A program made the translations under genes and the position numbers. A stretch of DNA of 63,181 bases, counting the filler, from Chiloscyllium plagiosum (lineage: Eukaryota), in NCBI RefSeq assembly GCF_004010195.1. It is 5 parts of one record of this genome, joined end to end, with 100 filler letters (N's around TTAATTAATTAA, not from the genome) between each part and the next. Parts side by side here need not be neighbours in the genome. Positions count along the whole stretch, not along the records: positions 13,391 to 39,676 come from NC_057714.1; 4 more parts are not named here. One strand, given 5' to 3'. Below are positions 27,030 to 38,316 of this stretch, piece after piece. The notes below the pieces were generated by a model. It searched no databases and had not been told where the DNA came from. It saw only the letters and a program-made list of their open reading frames with translations. Positions within the stretch are counted from its first letter, which is position 1. Every line of letters starts with the position of its first letter.

Positions 27030-28372
27030 CTAGAGTAGTGCTGGAAAAGCACAGCAGGTCAGGCAGCATCCATATAGGTCGGAGAGGACGGTGGAGCGGA
27101 TAGCTGGGAAGGGAGATTGGCAGGTAGGGCAGGTCATGAGGACGGTGCTGAGCTGGAAGGTTGGAACTGGGGTGAGGTGGTGGGGGAGGGGAAATGAGGA
27201 AACTGATGAAGTCCACATTAATGCCATTGGGTTGAAGGGTTCCAAGGTGGAAGATGAGGTGTTCTTCCTCCAGGCAACGGGTGGTGAGAGAGTGGTGATG
27301 GAGGAGGCTCAGGACCTGTATGTCCTCGGCAGAATGGGAGGCAGAGTTGAAATGTTCAGCCACAGAGTGGTGGGCTTGATTGGTGCAGGAGTCCTGGAGA
27401 TGTTCTCTGAAGCGCTCTGCAAGTAGGCGGCCAGTCTCCCCAATGTAGAGGAGACCGCATCAGGAGCAACAGATACAGTAAATGACATGTCTGGAAGTGC
27501 AGGAAATCTGCCAACATTTCCACCACTTACAAACGGGACCCCACCACCAGACATATATTTCCTTCCCCACCGCTATCCACTTTGTGTAAAGACCTCTCCC
27601 TCAGCGACTGCCTGGTCAGGTCCATACCCCCTACTAGCCCACCCTCCCCTCCTGGCACCTTCTCCCGCCACCGCAGGAATTGCAAAGTCTGCGCCCACAG
27701 CACCCCCCTCACCTCCATCCAAGGCCCCAAAGGAGCCTTCCACATCCATCAAAGCTTCACCTGCACTTCCACGCATTTCATTTACTACATCCGTTGCTCC
27801 CGAGGCGGTCTCGTCTAAATTGGGGAGACAGGATGCCAACTCATAGAGCGCTTCAGAATACATCTCCCGGACACCCGCAGCAATCAACCATGGCTGAACG
27901 TTCCAACTCCCCCGCCCACTCTGCCAAGGGCATGCAGGTCCTGGGCCTCCTCCATCGCCACTCCCTTACCACCCGATGCTTGGAGGAAGAACGCCTCATC
28001 TTCCACCTCGGAACCCTTGAACTCCGTTGCATCAATGTGGACTTCACCAGTTTCCTCATTTCCCCTCCCCCCACCTTACCTCAGTTCCAACCTTCTGACT
28101 CAGCACCACCCTCCTGACCTGTCCCACCTGTCAATCTTCTTTCCCACCTATCCGCTCCACCCTCTTCTCTGACCTATCACCTATACCCCACCTCCGTCCA
28201 CCTATTGCACTCTCCACTACCTTTCCCATAGCCCAGCCCATCTTCCCATTTATCTCTCCACTCCCAAGGCTCCCAGCCTCATTCCTGATGAAGGGCTTTT
28301 GCCCGAAACGTCAAATTTCCTACTCCTCGGATGCTCCCTGACCTGCTGTGCTTTTCCAGCACTACTCTAATC
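27030..28372 (+). mobile_element. Penelope-like element 3' part (GIY-YIG endonuclease and pseudo-LTR) preceded by an inverted copy
   Basis: + strand C..TCTSTHFIYYIRCSR..IGETG..RFRIH..SPAHS (about 27510-28020), then a C-rich 3' region and a hammerhead at 28281. The stretch 27030-27510 is the same region on the - strand. Confidence 0.88.
28281..28317 (+). ncRNA. Minimal hammerhead ribozyme of a Penelope pseudo-LTR
   Basis: attc CTGATGA a GGGC tttt GCCC GAAA cg TC: intact core, 4-bp stem II, palindromic ACGT stem III, predicted cleavage after C28312. Confidence 0.75.
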
Positions 28373-29064
28373 TTAAGGACAACAAATGCTGGCCTTTCCA
28401 GAAATATCCATGTGGCGTGAAAAGATAAAGAAAAATGTTGAATAGTTGGCAGATAGAAATGTAGTTTCAATGAAGTATACCTTTGACGTTTCTAAACTCA
28501 AGTTTGTGTATCCCACATGCAAATGCAGTTTGCCAGTGCCACCTTTCATGGACAAAGGGTCAAGGAGGTTGTTAGCCATGGAACATTCAGGGACATAAGG
28601 GTAAACAAACTGTTGACCGGAACAAGCAATCAGCAAGCTCCAGTTGCCAGGACCCCACTCTGATTTACTTTTCAGGGACTTATCTAATTTTTTGGTGGAG
28701 GAAAAGATGATTTGGAAGTGATTATAAACAAGGCAAGTTGGCTGTTTAAAGATTTGCAAACATATGGAAATAAGATAGTCACTGCTCAATAATGAGGTTC
28801 TGAAGTCACTGGTTCAAGCTTGAGATGAAAATCCCAACTTTCATGCCATTACTCACACCAGTCCATGGTGTGGAGCTGTTGGTGTTGGACTGGGGTGCCT
28901 ATGAGCTTCTCTTCACTTCTTCTGATGAAGGAGCAGCTTGTGATTTTAAATAAACCTGTTGGAATATAACCTGGTATCGTGTGACTTCTGACCTCACACC
29001 AGTCCATTAGGAGAGTTTTCTACGCTATGAAGTTGTTGTAAAAACTCATCATGTTCATCAAGAT

Positions 29065-29286
29065 AAAACAAAGAATTGCAAATACTGGATATCTGAACCA
29101 AAAACAGTAAACTGTTGCTGATAAACTCAGGACTGGCAGCATCTCTGGGAAGAAAACAGAGTTAACGTTTTGAGTTCAGTGACTCTTCATCAGAAGTCAC
29201 TGGACTCAAACTGTTAACTCTGCTTTCTTCCCATAGATGCAGCCAGAACTTCTGAGTTTCACCAGCAATTTCTGTTTCTGTTTCAG
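29065..29286. mobile_element. Palindromic Penelope-derived short element; related copies at about 22437-22640, 33970-34190 and 56597-56790, half copies at 5230-5310 and 51340-51475
   Basis: Arms ggcagcatct..agagttaac and gttaactct..agatgc.gcc are inverted around a degenerate CTGATGA/GAAAC centre. Confidence 0.7.
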
Positions 29287-31579
29287 GTTCATCAGTGTCT
29301 CTTGGGGAGAGAAATTATCTGATCCGGTCTTCATGCACCTCAAGTCCTAAAGCAGCATGCTTGACTCTTAACTGCTCTCTGGATTGATCTAGAAAGTCAC
29401 TCAGTTTAGAAACAACAAATGCTGGCCTTTCCAGAAATACCAATGTGGTGTGAAAGGATAAAGAAGAATGAATGAATGTTGAATACTTGGAAGGTAAAAG
29501 TGTGGTTGTAAATTTTTTAAAAATACAATGAAGCGTAAATGGCAGGGGAGTCTTCAAGTGTCCAGAACAGTGATACAAAGGAGATTATTTAATAAATAAA
29601 GTACTATGGAGATGGCAGGACAGATAATGTGCTGTTGCTGTAGCTGGGAGCTGCTGAACACCAATTTAATCCAGAGTGAACTTTTCTGTGGCAAGTGTTT
29701 GCAGCTCAAATAAATTTGGATCCAAGCTGAGAACTGGAATCTGAGCTGCACACATGCAGCCACCTCAGGGAGGAGGTAAGTTACCCAGATACTTTGGTCC
29801 TGGAACTTGTCACACTCCTTGGATTAATTCAGACTTGGTCTGTGACCAATGACAGAACCATGTGACTGCAAGTGAGGCGGTTCAAGGGACTGATGACTTA
29901 GTTTTCAAGTAGATGCAGCCTTTGCAATTGTCTAATGTAATGTAGCTCTTGCAATCTGTGTGGATGAGAACAGGAACTGCAAGGTTGATGAGCAGACTGA
30001 CCACTGCACCATCATACAGGGAGCTATTGAAATGTGGTGAGATAATAGCAGTGTTAGGGACGGCAAAGTTAGGAGAATTGATGTTCTTTTGTGTAATTAT
30101 GAGCATGTGTCTTGAAGGCTGTGTTGCCTGCCCAGTGTCAGGGTCAATAACATCTGCTTCAGGGTAAAGAAGAACTTGGAGTGGGAGTTGCCAATATCTG
30201 TTTTGATTTCAGTAACATTGATAAGATGATTAAAGAGGTTCTGATGAAAGAATTTGAACAGTTAGGAGCTAATTTTAAATGCACAATCTCCAAAATAATA
30301 ATGTCAAGATTACCACTGGGACAATGAACAAACTGACATAGGGAAAATAATTAACGAGTTAAATTTGTGGTATAAAGATTCATGTGGGAGGAATGAATTT
30401 CAGTTTATGGGTCACTGTCACCTGCATGAGGTAAAAGGAAGCTATTCTGGTGGGATGGGCTTCACTTGATCCATACTGGGGCAAGTGTCCTCGTGAATCA
30501 AATAACTAAACTTGTTGAGAGGGTATTAAACTAATTGGAGGGAGTAGGTGGAAAGGATATGGCAACATTGCAGGGTAACTGTGTGGATAATGGTACTCAG
30601 TGTGGCACAGGAAAGGACAAATTATACAAAAGCATCTTTTATAAAAAGAAAGAAACAGGTTCAAAGGTGGAAGAAATGATGTGAGTAGGAAATAAATGCA
30701 ACAACTATCACCAGAGAAAAGTTACTCAGGAAACTAACGAGACTAAAGGCTGATGACTCCCTAGGGTTGCATACTAAAGGAAACGTCTACCAAGATATGG
30801 TGGACCCACAGCTAGTAATGGTCCAAAAATAGTAAATTAGCATGGATTGGTAAAGTTAAAAAAACAAAGTCATCTTGGTCCCAGACGACCATTGGGCGGT
30901 TTTATCATGAGAGAGTGATGACCAGTGGTGAATTTAACCTAAGGGCCCTCAGACCTCAGGCAAGTTGAGAAGGTGGACCTTCATTTAACCTAGCCAGTGC
31001 AAGTTTGAACACACATTATTGGTGTTACTCTGCATGGCAAACCAGCTGTCTAGACAACTGAGCTAACCAACCCTCACTGCATGGATAGAGGATTAGCTAG
31101 CTAATAGAAAACAGAAAGTTAGTAGAAGCAATTTTAGGATGACATCTTTAACTAGTGGAGTGCCACAGGGAACACCGCTGGTGGTCCATAATTATTTCCA
31201 AGATATGTTAATGATTTGGACAAGGGAAGTGAATGCACAATCCTCAAGTTTGCGGATGTCACCAAAATAAATGGCAAGGCAAGTAGCGAGAATGACAGAG
31301 TGTACAGAGGGATATAGACAGGCTAAGTGGGTGAGCAAAAACTTGGCAGATGGAATATAATCCTACACAATATGAGGTTATCCACATTGGCAGGAAGAAT
31401 AGAAAATCTGAATTTTACTTCAATCGCGAAAGACAGCATAGAGGGATTTGGTAACTTATCCTCATGCGTAACTTACAAAAAGCTGGCATACAAGTTTACT
31501 GGGTAGTAGGGAAATGAAATGTTGGACATTATTTCAAAGGAAATGGAATATAAAAATAAGGAAGTCTTGCTCAAACTAT

Positions 31580-33026
31580 TGTTATGACATGGAGGCGAAC
31601 CCATCTGTTAATTAAACCAAACACCCAGAAAAGCTCACCTCGCCTCATAATCTGTTAAAATATGAGTGACAGAGAACTCCTAAATTCCACTATGTAAAGA
31701 AAATAACATCAATTTATTTTCTAACTCTAAAACTGAACATTAAACAAAAACTATTCATGAATCTAAACCCCTCTTTCTCTTAACTGCTTATTATTTGACT
31801 CCAACTCTACAAAAATATGCTGTTCTAATAAGGCACTTATTAAAATTACATTAGTTTAATCTCAAAACCATACCATCTCTGTCGTCTTCTGTGTCTTCAC
31901 TCTTCTGACTGCTGATGTCCTTGGGTTATGTTCTTTCTTTTTACTGCAAGCATGTTTCATAGCAAAAGGTACCTTTGATAGAGAATGTTTTCTAATTTCT
32001 TTGAGAGCATGATGTTAGATGGGCAATTAGCTCTCCAGCAGTTTCTCTCTCTATAACATAGAACATAGAACATAGAAGAATACAGCGCAGTACAGGCCCT
32101 TTGGCCCTCGATGTTGCGCCGATCCAAGCCCACCTAACCTATACTAACCCACTATCCTCCATATACCTATCCAATGCCCGCTTAAATGCCCATAAAGAGG
32201 GAGAGTCCACCACTGCTACTGGCAGGGCATTCCATGAACTTACGACTCGCTGAGTGAAGAACCTACCCCTAACTTCAGTCCTATATCTACCCCCCCTTAA
32301 TTTAAAGCTATGCCCCCTTGTAATACCCGACTCCATACGCGGGAAAAGGTTCACACTGTCAACCCTATCTAACCCCCTAATCATCTTGTACACCTCAATC
32401 AAGTCACCCCTAAACCTTCTTTTCTCTAATGAAAACAGCCCCAAGTGTCTCAGTCTTTCCTCATACGATCTTCCTTCCATACCAGGCAACATCCTGGTAA
32501 ACCTCCTCTGCACCCGTTCCAGTGCCTCCACGTCCTTCCTATAGTATGGCGACCAAAACTGCACACAATATTCCAGATGCGGCCGCACCAGAGTCTTATA
32601 CAACTGCATCATGACCTCAGGACTCCGGAACTCAATTCCTCTACCAATAAAAGCCAGTACACCATATGCCTTCCTCACCGCACTATAACAGTTGCTCTCT
32701 GACCAGTTTTCAAAATGTCTGTATTCTTATTTCTTCTAACACCGGATTGTCTCATTGGTTCGACGATAGCAGAACAATAAATTCAAATGCAATTGGGTTT
32801 TAGTATCCTGGGGCATAATTTAAATGATTGGCTAAATTCGAATCATTGTCAAAACAGCAACCGAATCTTAGGTATTCATTTCACAGCCAAATGTTATATA
32901 CTTTCAACTTTCCAGTACACTCTGGGACTGCCATATAGTCGTATACACAAGTGCTTGTAATCTCTCAGTTCAGAACGGCATTCTCTTTCTCTTAATGGTA
33001 CAGTACATGCCTTCAACTTCTTAACA
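31580..33026. mobile_element. Probable solo LTR (about 815 bp excluding a nested CR1)
   Basis: Ends are TGTTA...TAACA. Flanks ctat/ctgt look like a 4-bp TSD with one mismatch. It splits a CR1 reading EVLLKL | ..LVKPQLEY. No ORF inside. Confidence 0.65.
32057..32682 (-). mobile_element. Young 5'-truncated CR1/HER1-type LINE with an open ORF2 C-terminus
   Basis: ORF 32139-32678 (LYKTLVRPHLEYCVQFWSP..ERVQRRFTRM..RGDLIEVYK) is uninterrupted. Tail (TTCTATG)n. TSD ctataaca at 32051-32058 and 32683-32690. Confidence 0.93.
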
Positions 33027-33687
33027 CTGTTTGAAGGACTAGTCAAACCACAACTAGAGTACTTATCTAAGGAAAGACGTAATGGCATTGAAGGCCATCC
33101 AGAGAAGGTTCACCTCGGTTGTTCCTAAATATACAGAGATTTTCTTATGAGGAGGGGATGAGTAGATTAGGCCTGTATTCGTTGGAGTTTGGAAGAATGA
33201 GAGGTGACCTTATTAATACATATAAAATCTTAAGAGCCTGACCAGATAGATGTGGAGAGGGTTCCCCTTGTGGGAGAGTCTAGGACCACAGAACAATATA
33301 TCAGAGTAAGGCGTCACCCAGTGAAGACAGAGCTGAAGGGGAATTTCTTCTCTAGAAGATTAGAAGGTAGTGAATCTGTGAAATTGTTTACCACAGGGTG
33401 ATGTCAAAGATCAGATTTTTAGTTAGTAAGAGAATCCAGGCATATGAGGGAAAGGCAGGAAATTGGAGTTGAGGACCATTAGATCAACCATGATCTTATT
33501 GAATGGCAGAGCAGACGATGATATGAATGACATTCTTTTACTCCAAGTCTTATGGTCTCATGATATGAACAATTACACAATAGAGATAATTAGAGTTTAA
33601 CAGAAGTAAATTAACAGATTTATAAAAAGAACTTGTGTTCAATAATAAAGTTATGGAGATAATTTTCCTCTTCAATACGTTTTCTAG

Positions 33688-33882
33688 GATTATGTGTGTC
33701 GTGTCGCCCTTAATAAAATGAATGGAATATTTCCTGTGCTGAACCTACTAAGCTCTGAATATCCTGTCATTCAACAATTGGCGCTGCAAACCTTAATAAC
33801 CACCTCCAATGATGCAGTGAGCAGAAAGACACTGTTTCAGAATGAAGGTCATGAAAGCCTTCTGCAGGTTCTTGATTCACCG
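33688..33882 (+). CDS. ARMC3: ARMC3 coding exon (195 nt)
   Basis: tttctag acceptor, gtaatg donor, phase 0/0. DYVCRVALNKMNGIFPVLNLLSSEYPVIQQLALQTL...VLDSP matches human LLKSEYPVIQLLALKTL. Confidence 0.95.
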
Positions 33883-34794
33883 GTAATGAAATCTATACAG
33901 TAAATTGTGTTTTCATTAATGTGTTCAGTGTTTGATCCAACTATTAACCACATGATTTATTAATGAGTAAAACTGAAAGAACTGTGGATGTTGTAAGTGA
34001 GGGGTAAAAAAGTAGTCTCAGTTCTTTCTTGTTCAAAGTGAGTCATTTAGTAGGTATTACCAAATTGAACAAAGTACAGTAATATTTGCAATATTCTGAG
34101 GAAAGGTCACTAGACCCAAAACATTGACTCTGCTTTCTCTTCAGAGATGCTGTCAGAGTTGCTGAGTTTCTCTAGTAATTTCTGTTTTTAATACAATATT
34201 AAATGCCATTTGAAATCCAAATACTTTGTTATGTGGTATCAATATTAAGTATATATGTGTCCTATACACTTAATGATTATATGTCCTATGTATGTCTTAC
34301 ACAGAATTAACAATTACAAATGATTCAAAATTATTTTCCAAAAGGATTTCTTTCTCCCACTCACATAAAGCAATATGTTAATTTTGATTCACTTGCCACT
34401 GTTGAAAACAGTAGTGCTATTTTAACACCACATTTGAAAGTCATTTAGCAATGCTAGGTGTATTTTAAGTATGCTAGCTTAATTTTCTTTCTTTGAAAAC
34501 AATGGAATCAAATCCTGAACTCTGTTGTATGTGTATAAATCAGTAATTGTACAGATAGTGTATATTAAGAGCAGTGAAAGATGATTTTAGAATATTTGTA
34601 TCTTGTGCGATCAATACAGGGTATTTGCCCACACAAGGAGGAAAGAGCCCTGATGCATTAAATCACTGCAACCCATTTCTTGCTGTTGGGCGAAATATCG
34701 AGCAGATCAAAGGGTCCCTCGCAGAAATTGCCAGTGTATTTCTTCAGCATGAATATTGCTGGGAAATTGTAATGTCTGTTATTGCTTATACATC

Positions 34795-36785
34795 ATAGAG
34801 TCACCAAGTCATACAGCACGGAAACAGAATCTTCGGTCCAATCAATCCATGCCGAACATAGTCCCAGCTGTCTACTCATGGTCCATATCCTTCCAAACCT
34901 TTCCTGTTCATATACTTGTCCAAATGTCTTTTAAGCATTGTAATTGTGAGCATATCCACCATGAACCACCCTCTGTGCAAAAGAAAAATTGCCCCCATGC
35001 CTTTTTAAAATCTCTATCCTTTCATTTTAAAAAGATGCCTCCTTGTCTTGAAATCCCCCAACCTAGTGAAAAGACACCTACCATTAGTCCTATGTATGCC
35101 TCTCATGATTTTGTAAATGTCCATAAGGTCACCTCTCAACCCCCTATGCTCCAATGAAAAATATCCCAGCCTATCCAGCCTTTCTTTATAACTCAACCTT
35201 CTGAATAGTGTTAATAAACAGACAGAAATAAAATTACGGATCACCTGAAATCATTGAACATAATAATTATATTAGGCATTCAACACCATTTCTTCAGAAG
35301 TATTACTGGTTGCTGTATTATGGATTAATCCATATAATCTGTTTAAAAGAAAAAGTTCTTTAAAGTTTTTCAGCTTCAAATAAATTGAGCAAACCTCTAA
35401 GGTTTTTGTTATAATTGTCACCAATCTTACTGCTTTTTATTAGCTTTTAGTTTTAACAAAGTCAATTTGGGTCAGCCAATGTAATGCTAAGGGAAACCAT
35501 TTGATTTCTTCTATATATGGCTGGTCTTGCCTGACATTTCATCATGGTTGGTTGGTCTTCAAAACGAAATCATTAATAGTCCTCTATCCTTTCTGTTTTT
35601 CTGGTTAACTTGCATGACTGGTAAGCACATATGATTTCCGTCCACTATATAGAGTCCTACAGCATAGAAACATGCCCATCAGCTCACCATGTCTGTGCCA
35701 ACCAACAAACACCAAGCTATAATAATCCCACCTACTGCACTTTTCCCATAGTTTACCATGCTCTGGCATTTTAAGTGCTCATCTAGAGGTTTATTGAATG
35801 TTGCTAAAGTACCAGACTCTGTCGCCCTGTCAGGCAACACACTCCATATTTCTCCCACCATCTGGGCAAAAACATTTTTTCTCTGATTCCTTCTAAACCA
35901 TTTATTCCTCAAATTCAGTTTATGCCTTCTTTTGTTAGACGTGTCTGCCATGGGGAAAACATTCTCATGATCTAACGTATCTATGCCTCACATTATATTG
36001 TAAACCCCAATCATACCTCAGCCTATCCCTGCTGCCCTTGTTGAACAAATGGAACACATTTGATATTCTCCAGTCATCTGGCACTTCACCTATGGCCAGC
36101 ATAGCATTAACTATCTCTACTTGGTCTCAGCAATCTCTTTCCTTGCCTTTCATAGAAGGCTGGCATACATCTCATCAGGCTTGGCGAATTTATGCACGGT
36201 TATGCCTGTTAAAACATCCAATACTTCCTCGTTATTAATCTTAACATGCTCTAGAACTTCACCACTCCAAATGAAATCTCCAACTATAATGTCCTTTGAA
36301 TCCTTTGAATACTGATGAGAAATATTCATTTACGATCTCACCCATGTCCTTTGACTCCACTCTCAGATTGCCCTTTTAGTCCTGAATAGCCCAACTCTTT
36401 AACAACCTCTCAGAAACAGAACCAGAAATGATATCACACACCACAACAAACCAAGACAAGCGTGACACAACCCCAACTGGAGGCTCACTGATGATGTTAC
36501 CTGGTATGATGACAAAACGTCTGAAAACAAACCCACCAGCTCAGTGAGCAAACCAACAATCTGACTGTCTGTATTTCTGAAGGGCCTCCCCTGTTTTAAT
36601 GCTATGCACCTAACATAGGAGCCTTTTATTCCTTTTTCAACCTCTCAATATCTCTTGATATCAAGGGTTTCCTGGACTAGCTGCACTTGCCCTTCACTGT
36701 TAGAAGAACCTACTGACCCTGAACTCTCACTGGACTATATTGAACACTCACCATCTATCAAATGGGTCGTGTCTGTTTCTAGTTT
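34795..36785 (-). mobile_element. CR1 fragments; 36560-36785 is the CR1 portion flanking the R2 3' end
   Basis: LSYKERLDRLGYFSLEHRGLRGDL at 35014-35200. RVQGQ*VLLTVKGK..KPLISRDIE at 36640-36740 is CR1 ORF2 linker sequence. Confidence 0.75.
36400..36560 (+). mobile_element. Terminal fragment of a second Penelope-like family, degenerate hammerhead
   Basis: ggctcaCTGATGAtgttacctggtatgatgacAAAAcgTCtg followed by aaacccaccagctcagtgagcaaacc. The GAAA motif is mutated to AAAA. Confidence 0.55.
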
Positions 36786-38316
36786 TATTATCTTCGCTTG
36801 TCAACACAGAAGAACATTCCTGTATAGCTTCCCCACAGTCAGATGTTAAAGGGACGGTTCCTATCTTTGTTTAGCTTTCATCGAGCAAGGGTTGTAAAAC
36901 CAACAGATTAGTCACCTCTTAATCTCATCATCTGTTGTGTTTAGTGGAAAATTTATTTATCACCCAATTACCTTCCACCTTAATTGTGATCTAAAATTCT
37001 AAACTTTATTACTAAAATTAAATTTAAAATATTAAAATTATTAAAACAATTTAAACTTATTAAAATATATCTAAAACAATTAAAATTTATAACTAAAATA
37101 TTAGAGAACCTATAAGAAGTCCATTAAGAGTCCATAAAAATACAAAGTAATTCCAATGTTAGAGAAGTTGCAAGACTTGTTGTCTCTTGGGCAAATGTCT
37201 TATAATATTTAATTGCTAAAGTCTCTATCAATTCATTATTCTCATTGTACCATTTGCCCCTTGCTCCTATCACAAAGCCATAAAAGGATACGATGGCGCC
37301 TTTAGTTAGTTAAGTGTTGATACTTCTGTATCTTCTCCTCCCATGCTAGTTCCAAAGAGTCGTTTTCATTCTCAAACTGTATGGTGACACCCACTAATAC
37401 CTCTGGATCATCCTTATGCAAGATTAGATCAGGAATCCATAGCTTTCCTTCCCTATCTTTTAAGCATGGTTCATAAAGATTGTCCGACTGTTTTTCTTTA
37501 TAAATTGAGTTAACACTTCCACAGTTTTGTTGTGCCCCTTTATCCTCGTGTTCTTCATCGAGGGGCACCATCCTGAAATATGAGAAACCATTTGTATTGC
37601 TATATTACATTGCCTATAATTTTTATTGCTTAATGGCCTTACCCTAAGATAGAGTTGACCTTGTGGGATATAAATTGGTTCTTAACAAAATTGTGTTTAT
37701 GACCTTTGATGTCTTCGTATATAACAATGTTCTAGTCCAATTGTTAGGTGATCATTTTTGAAATAATGGACGCCAACCTCTTGACTGAGCATTGCCATCC
37801 ACTTCTGCATCTCTAATTCCCTCCATTTATCATAGTTACTACTAATAGTCTCTTCACAATACACAGAATTGTGTAATCCCAGATCCGTCTGACTAAGTAT
37901 TAATTCGAGGATTCCAGATGTCGCTAAGAATCGTCAATTTACTCAGTTCCATAAGTCTTTCCAATATTATGGATTCGTTAAATCGAATGAGGTCTGTAGT
38001 ATCTCATCAGAGGATCTCCCAAATGCCTCATGTTTTCGCATTATTGCAATTGGAATTAAAATTGCTAACTTATTTAGTCCAAGTCTGCCATCGATATTAC
38101 AAGCATATAAAATGCTATCCGTAATCGACTGTAGCACGTGTAAAATCTCCTGAATAAAACCCATAATTATTGTGTCTAATCTGTTAAGGTAAGTTTATGA
38201 AGCTTCAGAAAGCGTTAGGTAATAATATAATCTGGGGATAAAATATGTTTTAAACAGCTCTACTTTCTGTGCCGGGTTTAATGGAGATCTATTTAGATTC
38301 CCTGTCCAATTTTTTT

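Larger units (their letters stand above)
29590..33560 (+). mobile_element. Old, long CR1 copy (ORF1 zinc finger/esterase remnants, ORF2 RT, 3' UTR), interrupted
   Basis: ORF1-like CCCCSWE..FCGKCLQL at 29610-29700. RT motifs TSGVPQG and KFADVTK at 31150-31265. Typical CR1 3' end at 33100-33560. Confidence 0.7.
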
